NCBI GenBank assembly: GCA_002269645.1
Contig: NIVC01002836.1
Location: forward strand, 72,854-136,853
Direction of reading: 5' to 3'
From: Macrostomum lignano
Lineage: Eukaryota
Length of the DNA: 64,000 bases
Below, in pieces: positions 54,101-64,000 of this stretch. Every line of letters starts with the position of its first letter. Position 1 is the first letter of the stretch. Position numbers and translations under genes: made by a program. The notes under the pieces are model-generated. The model did no database searches, was not told where the DNA came from, and saw only the letters and a program-made list of their open reading frames with translations.

Positions 54101-57100
54101 TTCAGCGTCCTTTCCAATTTCATGCTCATGACTGCAGCTAGGTCTCTCTCAGTCAGACCAGCAACCATAGCGCTAACTTCTTTGAGCGTCTCAGTCCGAA
54201 TAAGGTGCATCTGTAGTGTGACGCTACCCTGCTTCACGTACTTGATATCGTGGAGGCCACTGATGTGCAGAGTGATTCCGTTCGGCCAGTTCATCGATCC
54301 AACAACCTTGTAAGCTTTCATCGGTGTTGAAACTTTGACCTCCACTTGAGTCTCCTGTGCGCTGATTTTGTTAACATTGACGCTACCACTTACTTCTTGC
54401 ATCTTGACGTCAAGCGCCGGAAGGTTGGCTGAGGTCTTAAAGGATAGCTGACCCTGCTGTACAGACATTCTGTGCCGGATGTGCGCATCCAGCTGCTCCA
54501 GACGGATCATAATCATCGTTTCTTGTGCGTCCATCTTGACATCCCACTCAGCAACGACGTTTTCGATCGGATTGTAGCCAAACAGTCGCTTCACTTCCAG
54601 AAAGCCACTATGAGGTAGTCGAACAGCCCATCGCCCATTGGTGAGCATGGATGTTAGTCGCGCAGTGACATCAACTCGAGCATCACTGTCAACTCGGTAG
54701 ACTAAGTTGACAGCTCGATTTTCCATGTGCCCCAGTCGCTTCATCTCAACTTCATACAGCTTTCCCATGAAGTGCATCCGTAATTTCAGCCCATTGCTGC
54801 CAGATGACTTCGATAGCTTTAACTCGTTAGAGTAGTCGTTGAATGCAATTCCGAATTTCAGCTCGCTTCTTTCGTCATCGTTTGATGCTTTTCCGTGAAC
54901 GTCCAGAAGTCGGAGTTGATGAACCGGTGTTTCGAGCTTAAACCTCGCCATTAGCTCATCAAGCACATTCCAGTGGGCAAGACCAGAGAAACGCCTCTTT
55001 CCATATTGAGTCGTGACCTCAAATTTGTATCGCCGAAGGCTGCCCGTTGCTTGGAAAGCCAGCTCCATTTCCGGCAGATTTGGAAGGACCAATGCGCCGC
55101 GAACGTGAAGGCCGTCCGTGAGATCAAGAATTGCCGTTGTCTTCAGCTCCTGGCTGGGTAGCAGAACCTTTGCCTCCCAATGGAAGGGGATCGAGGTCAC
55201 CAATCCCACAAGCTTGACGCCAAACCTTTCGTATCCAGCAAATGGAGTGGTGATTTTGACCGCGACTGTCTTATCGGTGGTCCAGCTAAACTTGGCTTTG
55301 GCCGAAAACTTCTCTTCCTGGCCGAGCATAATCGCAACACGCTCGTTGACAACCATGCTGTTTAGATCAGACTTTGAGTGCCATACAAAGCTGGTCACTT
55401 CACTTGTTCCTACGCTGAGGACCAACTTTCTGTTGTAGGCGTCGTAAACGCTACCAGCCTTGAAGAGCAGCCTATCTGTATCAAGCAGTCTCACGCTTAG
55501 GTCGGTCAGGCAGTGCTCGTGTTTTTGAGCGATTCCAATTTTGGCCTCAAAACTTGGAAGGTGCCGGCAGCTGGTATCCAAAACAAACTTTCCTTCGGCC
55601 GGAGGAGCGAATAGTCCCTGGACTGATTTCCACATTGTCCTGATCTTTGTTTTCCCTGCGAATGGCGACTGAAGGTTGACGGTAACGTCAAAAGTTGGAT
55701 CCATCTGAATGTGAGCGGAAAATTCAGTTTTCTCGATTCGAGAGGATGGGGCCTCCAGCTGTAGTACAAACCGTTTGGCGTTCCGGTCCGCTAGATCAAT
55801 ATCGCAGACTGCACCCCAGGTCTGATCAAGGTCATCAGCTTGAAGGGTAGCCTTGAAGGCCAGAAGTGCTCTGTATGGTTTCAACTCCCACGATGCGCCC
55901 AGTCTTGTCGCTACGGTGTAAATCAATGATCCCGCAGAGCTTGCTTCAAAGTTAATGTGGCCATTCTTAAGTGCCAGACGGGTTGAAGCTTTAACACTGG
56001 GTGAGTTTACAGATGCAGTGAAGCCAACAACTGACGGGCCATTCCAACTGGCGATGTTCAGCTCATGGCGGACTGACATGATGGTTGCCGCGGCTGTCAG
56101 ATCGGCGTCTTTGAGGCGCAGCTCCAGACCATGCAATCCGTGTTGCCTACTCTCCATGCGAGCGGTAATGTAAAGTTTCTGCCTAGAATCTACCTCAAAG
56201 GATAAACCTGTCTTGTCCCATGACTTGATTGGAGTGTGAACCGTGACGCTGGTGTGAACCATGCCCGATCCAAAGGTTGCTTCCTCGGTTAGTGAATAAG
56301 TACCAAGCTGAGTGCACGTCAAGCTGTGGCTGCCCATTGCCTTGTACAGAGAGCCGTCTTGGTTGCTGGTGAAAGTAGATCGCAAGCTTAGTCTCTCATT
56401 CAGCTTCTCGATGTATAACGCTGCATTCATTGTTTGTCTGATGTAGGAGTCTTCGTCTTCAATTCTCTGGCTCCTAATTTCGAAGTTATTTTCACCCAGA
56501 AGTGGATTCTTGAACTTCACGCTCAGCTTAGCCTGTTGTTGATTGTTTAACCACTGAAAGGCAAGTGAAGTCGCTCTAATAAAGTCATGTGGGGCTTCAA
56601 GAGCGTAGCTTCCGATCAATGAACCGTCAATGCGTTCGGTCTTGCCGACAAACTTTGCTGTGCCAAGCATCTTGTTCTCAGAAGCAATTTCCTGCACTTG
56701 CGGTGTCAGCTTCCAGGTGAGCTTGCTGACGGCAGCCTCGAAGTCGCTTTCCAAAGTGATGTCGCCCGACAACTCGTTCATCTTCGTATCAGCTCTCAGG
56801 GAAAAGTCATGGTTTCCAAAATACTCCTGGCTGATCTCAGTGGACAGTAGTTTCACTTCGGCAGCGTAGACTCCTGAGAATCTCAGCTTATTGTCGGTAA
56901 AGCGACTAAACGGAGTCAGCAAACGTACGGCCAAATCGACTGATCTCGGGGTAGTTTGGTAGTCCACGCGCAGAGTAATTGGCTCAGAGTTTGGCCAACG
57001 AACTTCAAATTCAGGATGAACTGAGACGGTGAATCTCGAGTTTTCCATGTCTCGCGACTTGTACTGATAGAGTAGATGCCAAGGATTTCGCTGTCAAAAA

Positions 57101-60100
57101 CTAGCTTGGCTGTTTTTGGACCAATGACCTCAAATTTGATAGCATTCTGCTCCAAAACATCATTTTTGACAACCAAGCTGGCGACAGAGTCAGTGAGGCT
57201 GCCAATGATAGATGTCTCACGGAAGCCAGCCCTGTTTGTTTTCAGCACTACAGAAACGTCTTCATCAAAACATGCTTAGCATCAGGCCGAATACAGTCTG
57301 GCCCTCCTTCACCAGCTGAACATCGGCAAGGAAGTCTTTAGAGTCGCGGCGACCAGTGAGGGAGAAAGAATACAGTGCCTGTGTGCTCCTAGCATGATCG
57401 GTATACTGAGCGGAGAGGTGTGCAGACTTCCTGGCATCGAAGCCTACTTTGGTCTCGAACAGAATGCGGCCTACTTGAACCGACAGCTCTGTCATGAAGT
57501 TCTTCCATCCTTGACCTTCATTCTTCAGGATGACAACCGCCGTCTGATCCAAAGCATTCAGTTTCACCTTAGTTCTCCCAGAAATGCCAGTCCATTCATT
57601 GTCCAATTCCAGCGTTAGCTGCCTGTTGTTGCTAGCGGACACGGACACCATTCGCTTTTGTCCGTCGCGACGGATCTGCATTCGAGTTTCTCCGAGCACT
57701 GGCACTGATGCAGTAAAATCGCCCTCAGAGTTTTGGAACTGGCCCCGGTAGCTAAGAGGAGCGTGGTACTTTGATCTCACGTCTAGATAGTGGTTGAACT
57801 CGTGCAGCGCTCCCTCGTGACCGAGTCGCATCGTCATTTTCTCCGTGGTTGGAGTCTCAACTGCAAACTCGCCTTCAGTCCTCCGTCGGCTGAGTTCAAC
57901 TGACCGCTGTAATCAAACACCGGCGAATAGTCGATCGTAAGCGTTGCCCTATTCTTGAACTGGGAGAGATGACCTTCGTGGCGAATATAGAACTCCTTAG
58001 TTGTCTGGCCGGAAGACTTAAAGCTGCCCGAAATCTCGAAGTCAGACAGTGAGTTAATTTTGACTTCTGCTTGAACTCCAGCGATTTGCTTCTCCTCGAA
58101 ACCGATACTAGAATTTCATCACTTCCATGTGAAGCTGTCGCTGCGATTTCCAATGTTGGGAGCGAAACGCTGAGCACACGCTTTCCTGAATGCTTCCCAT
58201 AGTTGGCCTTGAATAGTGAAGCTAGTGGCTGTCCTTGTCCTCTAGAAAACTGAACGTCTGCATCAAAGGATGTTGCTGGCTGAAGCTGAAGTTCTGCTTC
58301 CATCTTCGCATTGACGGCATCCTGGTGAATTACTTCCAAAGGCAGTTTAACATCAAGCAGCATCTTTGCGGTCGGAGACCGACTCAGCTTTGTCCTTACC
58401 TCTAGATCATTGCTGCCAAACAGTAGATTCCAAGTTGCCGAAAATTTGGCATCAACGTTGTCAGTCTCCTTCACCAAGAAGAGTTCTGTGGTCAGTGGGC
58501 TCATTCCAGGACCATCTAGCAGAAGCCTGGACTTGCTGGCCGAGCTGCTGAATTGCACCTGTAGATTCTTGCTCCATCCAGGAATCTCCACTTCCGTGTT
58601 CAGCTGGCTTGCGTCGTAAAAGTTGTGAGAATGGCGAATATTGACCTTCCGAAGACCTGGTAGAGACGTCTGCAGATTGAATGTTAGTTTCGCCTTAGCC
58701 GCTGACTGGATTCTGCCCCCAACACGCAGTTCCCATTTCTCACTCAAGTACTTTGGCATGTCAATCACTAGCAACAGTTCCTCATTATCCGTTTTTAGTT
58801 TGGAGTTAAAGCTCTGAATGTATGGCACTCGCAGCTTGATGGTAGCCATAGCATCAGTGAGAAAGTTCCAGCTGGCTTTTCCAAAATAATTTTCGGTGCT
58901 TGGTAGTCGGACTTCAAGCAGCGTCTCGCCTTTGTAGATGTGCTCCAAATCGATCAGCAGTGTTCCACTGGCATCCTCAAAGAATGGTGTCTTCACCAGT
59001 ACGCTAGCGGAAAGGCCATATAGGCCAGAGTCTTCCTTTGCTGCTTCGAGTTTCACTTGGATCGGACTCTCTAGCCAGTTGCACTGATGACTCAGGTTGA
59101 AGCTGTACTTTCTTTCGGTGACAGAAAGCTCAACAGAGCTATTATGAACGTAACCGAAAACCTTTGTGTTGACGTTCAGACCTGTCTTTTCAAATGTCCG
59201 AAGGAACTTCGTCTCGCTGGCTACGACAACCCTATCGTCGACCATGATGCCGAAAGCGTTGTTGAAGCTTCCGGCTGACGGGGCCTGCCAGTTGTTCTCC
59301 AACAAAATTACCGGTTGATTGCTGACTTGGAATCGAGCCTTGTAGTGACTTTCGCTCACCTTCTCCATCCTGATGTTCATTTGCTTTTCCTCACTGTCAA
59401 CATTGAGCGTACCCTGAATCAGCACTGCACTATTGCGAACTGTTTCAGTTCGCAGACTACCGGCGACATTGGTGATGGGACTTCTTAGCTTCATCATTGC
59501 GGAGGCATCCTCCAGGCCGTTCAGAGAGAAGTCCTTCTCAAAATTAATTAATCCCATGCTGTTCTCTAATTGGATCTTGGTCTTACTTGTCCAGTGCGTC
59601 CCATCAACGAAGCTACTTCTTAATGTCGCACGGAACTGCTTCACAGAATCGAAGGGCAGATTGAAAAAGGATGAGCCCTCGAATCGTGAATTTTGAATTT
59701 TCCAATCCAGGCCGGCTGCAACTTTCACTTGCCCATGTTCAATTTTAAAGGCCGCATCAAAGGACATCGGAGAGTTTTCCAAAGTCTGGTGACCGGAGAT
59801 TAGCACACGTTCAACACCGCGAATGTTGCTAGTAAATAAGGATGAAAATCTGATGTCCTGGAGGCCTAGAAGCCGCAGGCTGTTGACGATTTCCACATTG
59901 TTTCCGCCCGCAATCATCTTGTATTCGTGTTGGTGCTCAATGAGGCGGCCGAGGTTCCTGTGCTTAACGGCCACGTTCAGACCCTCCAAAGCGGTGAACG
60001 GCGTCCTCAAGCTCCACTTCCAGCTGAGCTCTCCAGAGGCGAGGCCTAGCTCGCTGCTGGCATCAATACGGCCTTCTGGGAAAGTTGCATCAACAGTTGT

Positions 60101-63100
60101 CATCCACTTGCCAGTGTCCGACAGTCTGTGGTCAAAATTTGCCTTCAGTTCGCCAACTAGATAGCTGGAGCCGAGATCTGCACTTGCAACTTGGCCTTTT
60201 TGAGTCCAGTGAGCTCACCCATAACTTCAAATCTCTGCATCTCGCGGTGAAACACATGCTGAATGATGACGTCGCTCTTGTACACGTCAGAGTCCTTATT
60301 AACCGACAAGTGCACTTTCGAAGACGATAGGGCAGAAAATGGTGTAGTTGACTCAATTTCAAAGATTCCTCGATTGTCAACGCTGCTCTTGATGATAATG
60401 GCCTTCTCTAGCCCAACGTCGATGGTCAACTGTGCTGAAGAGCTCTGGGGGTTTCTGTTAAAAGTCAAGACCAGCTTTTTACTTCCTACTGGACACTGCG
60501 TTGAAACCTTGCTGGTAAAACTGAGCTGTGTGCCAGTGTACACTGATGCCATTTCCATCTTCAACGAATGCTCCTTGTTGTAGGTGACAGATGCACGTAC
60601 ATACTTCTCAGCTTCCATCCATGCCCACTGAGTTGTTGCCTCAAGAGACTGAAGCTTCCTAAATGGAGTATCCAAGCTAAACTTGTGCTCGCGACCGTCA
60701 GAGTTGATTTTGCTCGCTACAGACATGGCGAATAGTTTTTGGAGATTATGGCTGAACTCCAGAGTTGTCTTACTTCCGTCTTCGGTGCTTGAATGAACAA
60801 CCAGCCGCTCGTGCTTCAGTACGTCAAATGGGGTCTGCAGAATCACCTCGTGCATCCTATTGTTCACCGTAGGAAGCACCTTAGTTGTCAACTTGATCAC
60901 CTCCTCGTTCCAGAAAATCTCACTGCTGGAAGATTCTTCATTATCACTATCACGTCGTGAGGAGTGCACTACTCCAAACCTAGACAATAGTTGGTGAGGT
61001 GTGTCGACCTTGAAGTGAAACCTTGGTCCAGTCATCGTTGCCACGGTATCCACCTGGTAGTCGCCGGTGTAAGGAACCTTCGCCTGAACATTCGACTCAA
61101 ATCTTGAACTTCCATACTTGGTTGTCCCCTTCAGGGTAACAGGTTCCATGAAAGGAGCCATGATGGAAAAGCTGCATCCCATTTGTCGGTCTCGATGAGC
61201 CGTCAGCTCGTCATACGCCGATAGAGCAACTTCTACAGTTTTTCCTGGTAGATAGGTAACCTTGCAGTTAGAGCCAATCATCTGGTTGTTGTTCTTGTGA
61301 TCCCAAGTGATGGAGAATGTCTCGTAGCCAGAGAATGGTGTTGTAAGACTGATGGTTCCTCGGGACTCCAGCTTGTTGTAGGGCTGTGGAATAAAATTAA
61401 AATTCGAATTCATTGACGTCGTCCTGTCGTCATTCCACGTTAGTTCAGCATTGCTGGTGAACTGCTTGCCGTCGTCTTTGTGGTTGAACTCGAACAGTAG
61501 CTTTGGCATCCACTCGAACGTACTAGTGCTCTCAATCTTAAGACCAAGGTCGCTGCTCTGGCTGTAGAAGCCCTTATTGTGTCCTTGTACTTCGAAAATC
61601 ATCTTTTTGGTCTTGAACTCCATGTCCAATTTGGTCTTGATTTCGCTGGAAGTTAGCAAATGGGTGAGCTCAAACTTGATAAAGCTGGCCTGTGCCCACG
61701 GTGTAACAATGCTCAGTCTTGAATGGAAGTTGTTGATGTTGCCCAGATTGATTAGAAGCTCGGCCTTGAATCGTCTGCTGTTAATGATGCTTTCGATATT
61801 GAGCTGCCTAATGCGCAGAGAGCCATAACCATTTAGCTTCAGTGTTATGTCTTCGTATCTACGGAATGGCGTCACCAGTTTCAGCATCGACACGATTCCC
61901 TTTTCGGTCCATCCGTCGTTGATGTCATACATGAAATTGGCCGATACTTTCTTGCCGTTTCCGTAAACCATTTCGATAAATTTGTTGCTCTTCAGATGCT
62001 CGTTATTTTCCTTGAGATTAAACTCCACGGAACCGGTCGGATAGTTGATCACTAGTTTCCCGTCTCTTTTTAGAGAGTGGGCCATCCGATTGACCTTCAT
62101 GTGTCCTTCAATTTGGAAGCCATCAGACCGAGACGCCTTGGGTTCCAATACAGCTCAGCAGTCAGCCTGTTGCTGTCATCTTCCTTGTTCACAAACAATC
62201 GACTCCTTACATCAACTCCTGGCGCAGCCAACTGTCCTTGGATTGTGATGTCATCGTAGCTGAACTTGGCTGACGCGTTTGCAGAGTAGATCCCGCTAGG
62301 AGAAGCAACAGCTGCAGAGATTGATGGCTCGGAGCTGCTGGTATCCAGATGCAGCTCAGTCTCGATTCTGGTATAATCAGCCAGATTTAGGCGACCCTTA
62401 GCCGAATACTTCTCGGTCTGATGTTGAAGCTCAACAGCCATGCTGTGCTCCACATCAGGCAGTGCAACAGCGGTTTCAAATCTGAAGGTTCTCGATAGAC
62501 GCTGCAGCTTGGAGACGGCCTTGTAGATTTGATCAACCACTTGGGTCCTCGCGGAAGCCGTGTACAAAATGGTACCGGGTTGGCGGCTGAACTCCAAACT
62601 TGTTTCAAAGTTTCTGCCAGCCACCTTTTCATCACTGGCCATCAGCTTTGAGCGCACTTGTGTCCAGGAATTATCGTGCTCAAACTCTTTTTGCATGTTG
62701 TACTTTGCTGTTTTCGTCTCCAAAGTTGCTGTCAACTTGTACTCATTGTTGCCTTCGCGCTGGGCCACTTCGTACTTCTTCTGCAAACGTGCGAAGTCTC
62801 CACTGTTACAAACTCCGCGACGATATCCAGTTCGTGGTTGTAGTAGTTGCTTCGCTTGGAAAAAGCGGCTACATAGGTGTTGTACTGCGGAAACTCGGAA
62901 AGCAAGCACTTAAAGCTGCCTTTGAGATGGTGCTCACCAGTCGAAGCCGAAAACTTGAGCGTCGGCTCAATCCGGATGGTCTGCTCGCTCTTCTCCCCGA
63001 TCTTGTATGACACAGTTGTCATGCCAGAGATACTGCCACTTGTCAACGCGTAATCAGATCGAAGCTTGCCGCTAAGGAAGGGTGAGTTTAGGCTTGCTGT

Positions 63101-64000
63101 GGCTGCTGCTGTGGGCCAGTCTGCATGAAGGTGCTGCTCACAGTGATCGGGCTAGTTAGAATATTTTCTGCGCTAAATTCTACCTTCCAGTTTTCTTCGT
63201 TAGACAGCTTGCCTCTACTGATCAGACCTTTCAGGATGACCGGTTCGGAGGTGAGGAATCGGAGCTCCATCCTCTCCAGCTCGTGCTTCACTTCCTCTGC
63301 TGTTTCACTCTTGCGATAGTTGGCTGTAGCTCTAGTGTACACAGTGCCATCGACTTCGGTTGAAAACACCAGCCGCTTGGAGGAGCCTTCCGAGTCAACA
63401 TTCATCAAAACTTTTCCCTTTTTCCAAGGGGTGAGCAATGAGGCCTCGATTCGCTGATTGGTAGAATCGATGACAAACTCAGCATGAAGCTTCCGGTCTC
63501 CTTGAGCCGGGGGGTGTCGATCAGAGCCTTCCAGTGACGGTTCATTCCTTCCTTCTGTTGACTAGGTGCAGCTGGTAGCTTGTGTGCGTATCGCGCTTAA
63601 ACATGGTAACATCCATCTCCATTCCGGCACACAGTGGAGCCAAAGGCGCGCTTTCCTGCGGTACCAGGTAGGATAGCTAATCTCGGCGCAAAATCTCTCT
63701 CCATCAGCTGCCTGGGAGCAAGCCTTGTGCTGATCAGAAGATCCCGACGCATAGTTTGTTCGCGTTCCACAGACGATGAATCACAAAGTAGCTGGTCTTC
63801 GTGTTCAGAATGTTCTGTCGGTCTCTGGGCTGCTGGAACTCGACCTGCAGTTCTTCGCCATTCGACGTCTTGATCGTAGCTTGCATCTCCGTGCTGCTGT
63901 GAATACTGGCGGTCATCTTCACGCCATAGTCCCATAGATCGTTCCAATGCAAGCATTCCGCTAAGATGCACAGTTCAGATGGAGAAAGCTTGCCTTCAAC
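45129..64000 (-). CDS. Giant large-lipid-transfer protein (apolipophorin/ApoB-like), 5'-truncated by the window; about 6300 aa in the window; about 15 single-base frameshifts, no introns detected
   Basis: A chain of minus-strand ORFs (63088-63438, 62732-63046, 62097-62909, 60157-62148, 57896-60103, 57265-57837, 56916-57248, 53866-57048, 51698-54028, 48777-51701, 46751-48814, 45129-46955) can be joined by 1-nt indels. The sequence is long amphipathic beta-strand text with recurrent xxTPF motifs, then an amphipathic helical region (~47-48 kb), then VWD (VIGDHIVTFDGRHFDFRGSECTYLLTRDF), a C8-like segment (C..LF..PFRRCFGLVNPAPFMEIC) and a vWA-like module (DVVIVLEE..VRFGLLGF..DALDAV..HVILVT). The diagnostic N-terminal LLT domain lies outside the window. 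Confidence 0.8.

Noticed and set aside
45129-64000. Programmed ribosomal frameshifting, or about 12 separate genes, as explanations for the ORF chain
   Set aside because: There are too many shifts in both directions with no consistent slippery heptamer or downstream structure, and no separate starts, signal peptides or intergenic gaps. Single-base indels explain the pattern more simply.

Overview
Animal (eukaryotic) genomic DNA with spliceosomal GT-AG introns. The GC-rich exons, minisatellite-packed introns and acceptor-like sites just before start codons resemble a free-living flatworm such as Macrostomum; this is inference and cannot be proven from the window. From left to right: (1) a minus-strand ataxin-1 (AXH domain) gene running off the left edge, with a candidate far-upstream exon at 16.3-16.4 kb; (2) an AT-rich transposon graveyard at about 19-29.5 kb with decayed hAT and Merlin remnants showing strong C->T/G->A decay, plus one intact DD34D mariner with perfect TIRs; (3) a complete 3-exon ALG5 dolichyl-phosphate beta-glucosyltransferase (+); (4) a secreted protein with two C-type lectin domains, a TQPP stalk and a LamG-like domain (-), preceded by an RFX X-box; (5) a 3-exon ankyrin-repeat gene (-); (6) a cluster of non-autonomous DNA transposons at 42-43.8 kb; (7) at least 18.9 kb of apparently intron-free coding sequence for a giant apolipophorin/ApoB-like lipid transfer protein (-) ending in VWD, C8-like and vWA-like domains, broken by about 15 single-base frameshifts that are probably long-read assembly errors. 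About 15 distinct tandem arrays are present, and most long '+' ORFs in the track are artefacts of them. No rRNA, tRNA or CRISPR array was recognised. All gene models were spliced and translated by hand, with no database searches.
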